Source of the DNA: Clostridiaceae bacterium
GTDB taxonomy: Bacteria; Bacillota; Clostridia; Saccharofermentanales; UBA5734
Length of the DNA stretch: 64,000 bases
Direction of reading: 5' to 3'
NCBI GenBank assembly: GCA_012523135.1
Contig: JAAYJD010000142.1
Location: 27,294-91,293, forward strand
In this document: in pieces, positions 19,457-27,709 of the stretch
Numbering within the stretch: the first letter of the stretch is position 1
Layout: every line of letters starts with the position of its first letter
The notes under the pieces: model-generated
What the model was told of the DNA's origin: nothing
The model's input: only the letters and a program-made list of their open reading frames with translations
Databases searched by the model: none
Translations under genes and position numbers: made by a program

Positions 19457-21007
19457 ATGTTAGATTACAAAGAAAATCTTATAGAATTGGTAAAGGAAGC
19501 TGTCGCCGATTTGCTTTCGGGCAGCTTGGTTTCGAGTGAAATCACAGAGAAAGGGTTTTACTGCGACTTCGATTTGTCGGTTCCGATAAATCCCGAGAAA
19601 ATCAACTCGATAAATGACTGGCTTTCGGGCAGGGATATTCCATGCGCATATGAGTTATCCAGCTTCTCCGGCGTGTATCAGGACGGAGATGCAAGCAAGA
19701 AGATGTTGCAGCGGCTCTATATCACAGCTTTTGAATCACAGGAAGAACTGCAAGCATATCAAGACAAACTGGCAAAAGCCGCCGAACACGACCATAAGCG
19801 ACTCGGTGCTCAGCTTGGTTTGTTCTCAACATCAGAAGAAATCGGACAAGGACTTGTGCTATGGCATCCCAAAGGTGCAATAATTCGCTTTCTGCTTGAA
19901 CAGTTCAGCCAAGCCGCGCATCTGCTTAATGGCTATCAGTGGGCGTACACTCCACATATCGGTCGGTCAGAGCTTTGGAAAACATCAGGTCATTTGGAAA
20001 ACTACAAGGATTCCATGTATAACCCCATCGACATTGAGGGCGAGGAATACTACCTGAAACCTATGAACTGCCCGTTCCACTTCATCATCTACAATAGTGA
20101 GACGCGCTCGCACCGTGATCTGCCGATACGTATGGCGGAGTTCGGTACAGTCTATAGGTACGAGCTATCAGGCACTCTGCATGGACTGACAAGGGTGCGT
20201 GGATTCACGCAGGACGATGCGCACATCATCTGCACGCCAGAGCAAGTGGAAAGCGAGGTTGCGTTCGCACTCAAATTCTCACTGTATATCTTGCGTTCGT
20301 TCGGTTTGAACAGGTTCAAACCTTACGTTTCCACAAAACCCAAGACAAAATCAATCGGCTCTATCGATGAGTGGGATATGGCGACCGAAGTCTTGAAAAA
20401 GGCGGTGATCGCCGCAGGGCTTGAATATGAGATCGACGAGGGCGGCGGCGCGTTCTATGGCCCCAAAATTGACTTAAAGCTGTATGATTCCCTTGGACGC
20501 GAATGGCAGTGCAGTACAATCCAATTCGATTTCAATTTACCGGAACGTTTCAAGATGAAATATGTTGGGGCTGACGGAAAAAACCATACGCCATATATCG
20601 TCCATCGTGCGCTGTTTGGCAGCATTGAGCGGTTCTTCGCCTTGCTGATTGAGCATTACAAGGGCGATTTTCCGCTGTGGTTTGCACCGGTGCAGTTCGC
20701 TATAGTCCCGATTAGGCCGTCCCACAACGACTATTGCAAACGCTTGGAGATAAACCTGAAAAAACAGGGGCTACGGATTGACGTGGACTACACCGAAAGC
20801 CATATGCGCGAGAAAATCAAACGCCATGAAACGCAAAAAATACCATATATGCTTGTTGTCGGAGATAAAGACATTGAGCAAAACGGATTTTCAGTGAGAA
20901 GCCGTAAGCTTGGTAATCTCGGCCTAATGAATATTGATTTGTTGCTGGAGTACATCAAAGACGATCTCGCGCAGGGAAAGCCAAAGTACATACTAGATGA
21001 GGAATGA
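19457..21007 (+). CDS. thrS: threonine--tRNA ligase, N-terminally truncated (no TGS domain, remnant editing domain)
   Basis: The class II core is intact: Zn ligands are in context (MNCPFH, DDAHII, VHRALFGS), motif 2 is RVRGFTQDD and motif 3 is GSIERFFALLIE, and an anticodon-binding domain is present. It is 516 aa against about 640 aa for the canonical enzyme, and there is no His anywhere in residues 1-110. Confidence 0.9.
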   Translation: MLDYKENLIELVKEAVADLLSGSLVSSEITEKGFYCDFDLSVPINPEKINSINDWLSGRDIPCAYELSSFSGVYQDGDASKKMLQRLYITAFESQEELQAYQDKLAKAAEHDHKRLGAQLGLFSTSEEIGQGLVLWHPKGAIIRFLLEQFSQAAHLLNGYQWAYTPHIGRSELWKTSGHLENYKDSMYNPIDIEGEEYYLKPMNCPFHFIIYNSETRSHRDLPIRMAEFGTVYRYELSGTLHGLTRVRGFTQDDAHIICTPEQVESEVAFALKFSLYILRSFGLNRFKPYVSTKPKTKSIGSIDEWDMATEVLKKAVIAAGLEYEIDEGGGAFYGPKIDLKLYDSLGREWQCSTIQFDFNLPERFKMKYVGADGKNHTPYIVHRALFGSIERFFALLIEHYKGDFPLWFAPVQFAIVPIRPSHNDYCKRLEINLKKQGLRIDVDYTESHMREKIKRHETQKIPYMLVVGDKDIEQNGFSVRSRKLGNLGLMNIDLLLEYIKDDLAQGKPKYILDEE

Positions 21008-21041
21008 AATCTGATAGTAAAATTTTAATGGAAAAATATGT

Positions 21042-21074
21042 AATCGTGTAAAAGTGCACACACCCAAGGCAAAT
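21042..21074. repeat. right copy of the imperfect direct repeat flanking the ThrRS cassette
   Basis: AATCGTGTAAAAGTGCACACACCCAAGGCAAAT. The 11-mer AATCGTGAAAT recurs again at 21072-21082. Confidence 0.6.
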
Positions 21075-21236
21075 CGTGAAATTGTATCCAACGCGTCGTG
21101 CAGATACAAAAAACGCCGCCCGGAACAGCTTCTAAGTTCGGCTTTCAGTCTTGTTGTGAAAGCTTGCAAATAACCTGCGGGTCATGAGGAGTCAGTCAAA
21201 GCAAAAAGAAAGGCACAGATCAAGATGCATGACGCG

Positions 21237-21245
21237 TGGTATAAT
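21237..21245 (+). promoter_or_regulatory. extended -10 (TGgTATAAT) for the permease-amidohydrolase operon
   Basis: TGGTATAAT lies 43 nt upstream of the ATG at 21288. The -35 is weak. Confidence 0.4.
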
Positions 21246-21287
21246 CATTTTTAAAATGGAATATGCTGATTAGGTGCAGGTGGCAAA

Positions 21288-22427
21288 ATGAAAAAAAGCA
21301 GATTGACGACGTGGGAAGCGGCATGCATTATTACAGGCTACGGTGTTGGCGGCGGCGTTCTGAGCATGCCGTACCTGGCGGAGAAGACCGGTCTCCTTTG
21401 GTCTTTTGCAATCCTTATCCTGGCGCTGCTGGCAAGCTACATACTTCATCTCATGATTGCTGATCTGGCGCTTAAAGTTTCGGAAGGGGGACAGATCATT
21501 GCCTGCCTGTCCCAGTTCTTGTTTCGCGGGAAGCTGAAAAAATTCCTGACGACGCTGTTTTTCGTCCTGATGACGTTGATCCTCTTTACCAATCTGGCTG
21601 CCTATATTACCGGATCGAAAGAGATCATCGTAGGGCTTCTGCCGATCTCAAGCGTCGTCGCAACGCTTATCTTTTATGTTGTCGCCGCTTCTGTCGTACT
21701 CTTCGGCCTGAAGGCTGTTGGCGTCAGCGAGAAGATCTCTGTCGCAATCATATTCGGCTTGATCCTCACGCTGGCTGTTGCCTCCTTCTTTGCGCCACCT
21801 CATGTTCTGCCGCTTGCCGGAGGTTCCGTCAATGGAGCGTTGGCCTTTTACGGTATGGCTATGTTCGCCATGTCGGCCTTTTTCTCTGTCCCTCAAGCCG
21901 TGGAAGGCCTGGATAAAGATGTAAAGCAAATCAAAAAGGCCGTGTTTCTCGGCCTTTTTAACAATTTTGCTGTTATCGTCGTGATTACCTTCTGCGCCCT
22001 GCTTGCGTCCGAAAAGGTTACAGAGGTCGCCATGGTCGGTTGGAGCGCCGGCATCGGGCCCTGGGCCCAGATCGTTGGCGGCTTATTTACCATTCTCGCC
22101 ATGCTGACCACGTATTGGTCCTTGTCTATGGCATTGGGCTCCATCGTGGAGGAACAGATGAAATGGGATACCAGGCTGTGCTGGCTCATTGCCACGCTGC
22201 CCTCGTTGATCCTGGCGTTGTTCAACTTGGTCAGCTTTATGGCGTTCATGCGCCTGGCCGGAGGCCTGATATCGATCATCATTGCGGTTATGGTCGTGCC
22301 GGCCTATCTCCATGCCCGGCAGGAGGTGTCAGGATCCATCCTGACACGCTGCGGAGGAAAGATTACAGCTGCCGTGATCATGATCGCCTATATTCTCATG
22401 GGCATCGGAAGTGTGGTTCCCGTATGA
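21288..22427 (+). CDS. amino-acid permease, Trp/Tyr/HAAAP-like
   Basis: 379 aa with about 11 TM segments. The N-terminal GYGVGGGVLSMPYL resembles the G..IGAGMLAMP block of the TyrP/Mtr/TdcC/SdaC family (from memory). Confidence 0.6.
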   Translation: MKKSRLTTWEAACIITGYGVGGGVLSMPYLAEKTGLLWSFAILILALLASYILHLMIADLALKVSEGGQIIACLSQFLFRGKLKKFLTTLFFVLMTLILFTNLAAYITGSKEIIVGLLPISSVVATLIFYVVAASVVLFGLKAVGVSEKISVAIIFGLILTLAVASFFAPPHVLPLAGGSVNGALAFYGMAMFAMSAFFSVPQAVEGLDKDVKQIKKAVFLGLFNNFAVIVVITFCALLASEKVTEVAMVGWSAGIGPWAQIVGGLFTILAMLTTYWSLSMALGSIVEEQMKWDTRLCWLIATLPSLILALFNLVSFMAFMRLAGGLISIIIAVMVVPAYLHARQEVSGSILTRCGGKITAAVIMIAYILMGIGSVVPV

Positions 22428-24010
22428 AAAGAACGCTCTTTTATGATGGCATATTCCACTCAGGCGTCCGTGAGGCTGACACTTTCCGCTTTCTGGAGGT
22501 TACGGATAAGACGATCACCGGTACATATCAGGCAAAGCCTGCGGACGTTCGCTACGCGAAAGAGATTTCTCTGGGCGGAAAACACGTCTATCCCTGCCTG
22601 ATTGACGGGCATGTGCACCTGCTTTTTTCGATAGCCGTCATGGCCATGGGCTTCAATATCTGCGAGATCACGCCGGACGGCGTCGAGCCGCACAATCTCG
22701 CCGGTGTGGAAAAGAAAATTCGGGAATATGCGGCAAGGCAGCCCAAGAACGCTGTCATTGCCGCCAACAACTACATCATCACCGCAGTGGATGAACGGCG
22801 TCTCCCCACCAAAGACGAATTGGACGATTGGGCGGGCGGCCGCCCCCTTGTGATCTACACCATTGACGGCCACTGCAGTGCCCTTTCCACGAAAATGCTC
22901 GGCAAACTCGAACTGGACCCAACGGGACACAACGGACATTTATCGGGCGAGGCCCATGAACGTGTGCAGGGCCGGCTGACGGACATTATCAGCGCATCGA
23001 TCACCTTGCCTGTGCTGGCAGCAGGCATCGCCAATTTTCAGAATGCCTGTGCTGAATACGGCATCAGCGTCGTCGGAGCGCTGGAAGGCAACGGTGACTC
23101 TCCCAAGGATCGCTCGACGGCTCTGATCGTGAAACTGGCCCGACACTTCGATGTGGGTGTCCGGTTCTATTTTCAGTATATTGACCTGAAAAAAGCTGAA
23201 AGGTTTGCGAAATATCAAAAGCATCTGCGCGTAGGCGGCTGCGGCGACTGGGAAATGGACGGCGCCACCGGCTCCCATTCCGCTGCCTTCTATGTTCCGT
23301 TCAAGGACACGGGCATGACAGCGCCTTGCTACTACGAGCAGGACTTCGTGGATCGCATGGTGCATGAGGCCGACGAGAAGGGCTACCAAATCGCCAGCCA
23401 TGCCATCGGCGAAGCGGCGATCGAGCGGATCATTGCCGCTCTGAATAAAACAGCGTCCGGGCGGATGCACCGTATCGAACACGGTGAGTTCCACCATGAC
23501 AGGTCGCTGGAAGAGCTCAAAAAGCTTCGTTATGCGGTCATGATGCAGCCGGGCTATGCCTGGATCGACAAGCGCTATCTGAACACCTACACGCAGTATC
23601 TGCCTCAGGAGATCGTGGATCGTCTGCACGTCAAAACACTTTACGATGCGGGCATCTGTCTTTGCGGCTCCAGCGACAGCCCCGTGCAGGACCTGGATCC
23701 ATGGCTGCAGATGCTTGGCATGGTGGATTTCTATCATCCGGAGGAGTCCATCACCCCCTACGAAGCTTTTCGCTGTTATACGATCAACCCTGCCAGGGCC
23801 ATTCTGGAAGGGGATGAACGCGGCACGCTGGAAGTCGGCAAAGCGGCCGATTTCTTCACGGCCGACAGAGACCTTTTCGCGATCCAGCCGCAAGACATCG
23901 TTTCCTTCCGGCCAGCGTGTACCTATTACAGCGGGCGGCCCTACCGCAAGAAAAAGGGGACTGGTGCCGAACTGCTTTGGTCGATGTTAAAAAGAGCCAG
24001 GCCTGTTTAA
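22424..24010 (+). CDS. metal-dependent amidohydrolase, YtcJ-like (Amidohydro_3)
   Basis: It has CLIDGHVHLL (HxH), later HAIGE and IEHGEF, and GSDSP near the C-terminus. Its ATG overlaps the permease TGA (ATGA). The 128 upstream codons of the track ORF are discarded. Confidence 0.8.
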   Translation: MKRTLFYDGIFHSGVREADTFRFLEVTDKTITGTYQAKPADVRYAKEISLGGKHVYPCLIDGHVHLLFSIAVMAMGFNICEITPDGVEPHNLAGVEKKIREYAARQPKNAVIAANNYIITAVDERRLPTKDELDDWAGGRPLVIYTIDGHCSALSTKMLGKLELDPTGHNGHLSGEAHERVQGRLTDIISASITLPVLAAGIANFQNACAEYGISVVGALEGNGDSPKDRSTALIVKLARHFDVGVRFYFQYIDLKKAERFAKYQKHLRVGGCGDWEMDGATGSHSAAFYVPFKDTGMTAPCYYEQDFVDRMVHEADEKGYQIASHAIGEAAIERIIAALNKTASGRMHRIEHGEFHHDRSLEELKKLRYAVMMQPGYAWIDKRYLNTYTQYLPQEIVDRLHVKTLYDAGICLCGSSDSPVQDLDPWLQMLGMVDFYHPEESITPYEAFRCYTINPARAILEGDERGTLEVGKAADFFTADRDLFAIQPQDIVSFRPACTYYSGRPYRKKKGTGAELLWSMLKRARPV

Positions 24011-24056
24011 CGAAAGGACGATGCTGTTGCCCGGACGGCATCGCGCTTGCCACGGT

Positions 24057-24863
24057 CTACAAACGCGTGACGATCAGGTTTCCCGATTCGTAACGCCGTA
24101 AACCGCGGTAAAAGAAAAACCAGGCCAGCGCACAATAGGCGGCCGACACCAACAGCAGGCCGCTAAAAAGAAGCGGATCGAATTGCCTGGCCAGCTGGAG
24201 AGGCAAGTGGACCATGAAGGTGGCCGGGATCAGCGTGGCCATCAGGACCTGTACCCAACCGGCATAGATCCCCTTGGGATAAATGCAGAAGTTGACAATA
24301 AACTCAACCGACATACCGGCAAGCGTCGAGGCATCACCGAGATAGAAGGTCAGGGTATGCGCGGTAACCGCTACGGCGGTCATCAGCAACGCGCCGATGG
24401 CCAGGCCGCAGAAATACATCAGCCAGGCTTGACCGTCTGCACCCTGGGTCAGGGCTATCAGGATAAAGCCATAGAGCAGGTCACCCCAGGCGCTCAACGA
24501 GGTCCGCGCACACAAGACGCTGATTAACACGCTTTTTGGCTGCAGCAGAAAGGTGTCCAGTTCGCCGCTGATGATCAGCCGGGATATATGATTCATATTG
24601 GCAAACAGGATGTTTGCCGTGCCGAACGCCGATGAGGTCACCGCCCAGATGAACATGACGTCGGTAAAATCATAACCGCCGATGCGCGCGCCGATCTGGT
24701 TGAAGGCGATCCACCAGAAAAAGACGAACGAACCATTCGACAAGACCATGCCGAATGCCTGGATCATGAAGGCGGACCGGTATTCCATGGCTGAAGCCAG
24801 GTTGACACGAAAGTACAAGCCGATCAAATTGAAGATGCTGCGCAGCTGATGACCTTTGCTCAT
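24057..24863 (-). CDS. ABC-2 family transporter permease (COG3694/PF06182-like)
   Basis: 268-aa polytopic protein with MEYRSAFMIQ..., GELDTFLLQP. It is the last gene of the three-gene operon. Confidence 0.75.
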   Translation of the reverse strand: MSKGHQLRSIFNLIGLYFRVNLASAMEYRSAFMIQAFGMVLSNGSFVFFWWIAFNQIGARIGGYDFTDVMFIWAVTSSAFGTANILFANMNHISRLIISGELDTFLLQPKSVLISVLCARTSLSAWGDLLYGFILIALTQGADGQAWLMYFCGLAIGALLMTAVAVTAHTLTFYLGDASTLAGMSVEFIVNFCIYPKGIYAGWVQVLMATLIPATFMVHLPLQLARQFDPLLFSGLLLVSAAYCALAWFFFYRGLRRYESGNLIVTRL

Positions 24864-24910
24864 CGGATCCCCTTTCTTTTACCCATCTCATTGCAGCCGA
24901 TCCGTCGCTG

Positions 24911-25774
24911 TCAGCCGCCATTGGCCTGCAAACCGCGCATGCCCTGGTGATACAGCAACAGCGAAAGCCCGATGGCAATCAGCGCCCAGATGGCCTGCAG
25001 CGGCAGGATCTGCCAGAACAGCGGCCAGGAGAAAGCGACCAGGAGTCGTGCCGGTGCCCAGGCCACATAAGGGAAAGGCAGCCAGCGGGCAATCCGCTGC
25101 AGCCAGCCGGGCAGAAATTCCAGCGGAATGAACATGCCCAGCATGAAGACCAGCTTCTGGTAGACCAGGTAGAACGCGCTATTCTCTTCGAGCCGAAAGG
25201 CCGTCAGTCCCAGGCACATCAGCAGGAAAAAATTGATAATCAGACCGAGGCAGGCGGACAGGATGCCGCATGGCAGTGTCGTCAGGGCATAATCAGGCAA
25301 GGGTCCGACCATCACCATGCCGAGCACAACCGCCAGGATGCCGAAACAAGCCAGGTTGAAAATCATCCTGCCCACTGCGCCGGCAAACTGGTAACCGACA
25401 TAATGGCAGGGTCGGATCAGCTGGTATGCCAGCGCGCCTGTCTTGATATCTTCGTTCATCTGCGTGAAAACCGGTGTCCGGCAGCCGAAGACAAGCAACT
25501 CGGTGATGCTCAGATACCAGACTACCTGTTTGAGCGAATAGCCCTGGACCTCGCCGCCATGGTAGATGGCTTGCCATAAACTGTAGAAGACGAAAATGAA
25601 CAGCGTATAGAACAGCAATCCGCCCAGCACGTTGCTGCGATAGACAATCGCCTGGTGCAAGTTGATCTTCGCGATCGCGAGATACTTACCTAGTCTGACC
25701 GGTGCTTGGCCTGCTCCCCAACCCTTGTGGTCAGATGCAGCGACCTGTACCTCTGGATTTGATGGCACGATCAC
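24911..25774 (-). CDS. ABC-2 family transporter permease (COG4587-like)
   Basis: It has KYLAIAKINLHQAIVYRSN..., about 6 TM segments, and a C-terminal LPFPYVAWAPARLL. The start is GTG at 25774 or 25768 behind an AGGAGG. Confidence 0.75.
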   Translation of the reverse strand: MIVPSNPEVQVAASDHKGWGAGQAPVRLGKYLAIAKINLHQAIVYRSNVLGGLLFYTLFIFVFYSLWQAIYHGGEVQGYSLKQVVWYLSITELLVFGCRTPVFTQMNEDIKTGALAYQLIRPCHYVGYQFAGAVGRMIFNLACFGILAVVLGMVMVGPLPDYALTTLPCGILSACLGLIINFFLLMCLGLTAFRLEENSAFYLVYQKLVFMLGMFIPLEFLPGWLQRIARWLPFPYVAWAPARLLVAFSWPLFWQILPLQAIWALIAIGLSLLLYHQGMRGLQANGG

Positions 25775-25795
25775 GCACCTCCTTCGTCCGGTTCG

Positions 25796-26818
25796 TTAAG
25801 GCCGCTTTTCATGACCGGAGCTCCCCGCAGATTCATCCTGGCTGGAAAAAATTGCAGCGATGATCGCTTCCATCGGCGGATCTTCAACCGTTATGTCAGC
25901 AACACCACCACTGCCGACCAGCCAGCTCATGACCTCGCCGATCGGCCGTATGCGCGTGTCAACCGTCAGCCGAGAACCCAGTCCGCCAGTTTTCAGCACC
26001 TCGACGCCCGGAAGCGGCTTCAGGTCATGCTCTTCTGTGAAGCGGACGGCAATGATTTTGCGGTTCAGATAATCGTATTTCAGTTTTTTGACAGGCTGGT
26101 CGAGCACAATCCGCCCATGATCGATGACGATGGCCCTGCGGCAGACATGCTCGACATCGCCCGCATCATGACTGGTCAGGAAAATGGTTGTACCTTTCTC
26201 CTGATTCAGCTCACGGATCAGCTCACGGATGGCCTGCTTGACGACCACATCAAGGCCAATGGTCGGCTCATCCAGAAAAAGGATCTCAGGCTCATGAAGC
26301 AAGGAAGCGGCGACCTCGCAGCGGATCCGCTGACCGAGCGACATCTTGCGCACCGGTACATCCAGCAAAGCGCCCAGTTCGAAGCGTTCAGCCAGCACCG
26401 CGATGCGCTTTTTCAATACACCTGGCTCAACATCATAGATGCGGCCTAATAGCGTAAAGCTGTCCGTCGGCGGCAAATGAAACCATAGCTGCGATTTTTG
26501 CCCGAAAACCGTGCCGATGTGGTAGGATAGCCTGGATCGCTCCCGGACCGGATCCAAGTCCAGTACGCGGATGCTGCCGCTGTTCGGGCGCAAGATACCC
26601 GTCATCATCTTGATGGTCGTTGATTTACCGGCACCGTTGGGTCCGATGAAAGCCACTATTTCACCCGGCTGCACGACCAGATCAATCGATTGGACAGCAA
26701 GGACCTCGCGGTAGACCGGCCGAAACATGGCGCGTGCACTGGCCGCAAGGCCTTCACCCCTGACCCGCGTCCTGTAAGTTTTGCTTAACCCATACGCTTC
26801 GATCATGTTCATCGGCAT
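25796..26818 (-). CDS. ABC transporter ATP-binding protein (COG4586-like)
   Basis: It has Walker A GPNGAGKST, signature LSLGQR, Walker B ILFLDEPT and an H-loop SHD. The start is trimmed to the ATG at 26818 (GGAAGGA RBS), because a strong promoter lies inside the longer track ORF; 26863 is also possible. Confidence 0.85.
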   Translation of the reverse strand: MPMNMIEAYGLSKTYRTRVRGEGLAASARAMFRPVYREVLAVQSIDLVVQPGEIVAFIGPNGAGKSTTIKMMTGILRPNSGSIRVLDLDPVRERSRLSYHIGTVFGQKSQLWFHLPPTDSFTLLGRIYDVEPGVLKKRIAVLAERFELGALLDVPVRKMSLGQRIRCEVAASLLHEPEILFLDEPTIGLDVVVKQAIRELIRELNQEKGTTIFLTSHDAGDVEHVCRRAIVIDHGRIVLDQPVKKLKYDYLNRKIIAVRFTEEHDLKPLPGVEVLKTGGLGSRLTVDTRIRPIGEVMSWLVGSGGVADITVEDPPMEAIIAAIFSSQDESAGSSGHEKRP

Positions 26819-26988
26819 CGACAATCCTTCCGGTCCATATGCTGTCGTTTGCTTGATCGACATCCGGATGCTCTTTGATGTGTGATCATTGAGAGATCGA
26901 CCCGCATACACGTAACCAGCAGGAAAATTCAAGTTAACCATTTTCTGCGTGTACAGGCCAGTATCATCCCATTTGCTCGGTTTTTCCC

Positions 26989-27017
26989 AGTATATTCGCC
27001 ACGTCGACACGTGTCAA
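26989..27017 (-). promoter_or_regulatory. promoter of the ABC-2 operon
   Basis: On the minus strand, TTGACA is at 27017-27012 and TATACT at 26994-26989, with a 17-nt spacer (CGTGTCGACGTGGCGAA) that contains the palindromes ACACGTGT/GTCGAC. Confidence 0.6.
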
Positions 27018-27637
27018 TGTGCACAAAATGAAGAAGCGGATGTTAGGCATTCGCTCGGATATTCCAGTAAAAAACGAAACCGACCCCATATGCGAGATCC
27101 CGCAGCACACGCCGGCGGGCACAACAAGCTTCAGCGCGTACCCGTTTTCAATCAGGCCATCAGGGATGCAGGTTGTTGGCAGCCACATCAATGTTGCCGC
27201 TGCCCGATTCCGGCGCGTTAAGCATCATCATTGGGTATCTGAATAACCATAGCTGTCTGAAAGGCATTCTGATGACTTGGCTGGTGGTGTATCCGATTCG
27301 CAGGATCACACCGGCCATGCAAACATGTCGCTTGGTGTTTCACGCATCGGGTGCTTCATCCACGTGTGCGTATACTTCCCAAACACGCGATCACGTCAGG
27401 GTTGACGAATGGACCTGATCTCGGTGATTTCTTCGGACATCGAATGCCAGACGACATGTTTCTTTCGGTCAAAGGCACATGCACCGGACCAGATACACCG
27501 GGTTTTTGGCAGTGGCAGCACCCCTGATCCAGTTCGCTCGCGCATGCATATGAGGCTTTTGAGACCGTCTGAGCCGCACTGCCGCCGGGATGACCATATA
27601 CATAACCGCGGGATAGATATCCTTTTTAAACATAGGC

Positions 27638-27668
27638 TTGACCTTACTGCTGCGGGAAGGTTTATACT
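27638..27668 (+). promoter_or_regulatory. MerR-type promoter/operator (19-bp spacer, 7-7-7 dyad)
   Basis: TTGACC at 27638-27643 and TATACT at 27663-27668 are separated by 19 nt. The dyad ACCTTAC-TGCTGCG-GGAAGGT (27641-27661) spans the -35 and the spacer. Confidence 0.6.
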
Positions 27669-27709
27669 TGTTTTGCATGCAAAAACGGATCCGGATCAGG
27701 AGTATGGTG

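Larger units (their letters stand above)
18897..21287. other. AT-richer compositional island adjacent to tRNA-Thr
   Basis: Hand counts of individual 60-nt lines give about 28-57 % GC here, against about 58-72 % in flanking core genes. Codon usage is visibly A/T3-rich (AAA, GAA, ATT, TTT). No integrase is present. Confidence 0.7.

Noticed and set aside
18897-24056. Integrase, recombinase, transposase or an att-site duplicate of the tRNA 3' end that would define a classical genomic island.
   Set aside because: No ORF in any frame resembles a tyrosine or serine recombinase or a transposase. I could not find a second copy of TTCGAGTCCGTTCACAGGCTCCA by eye, so the region is called a compositional island only.
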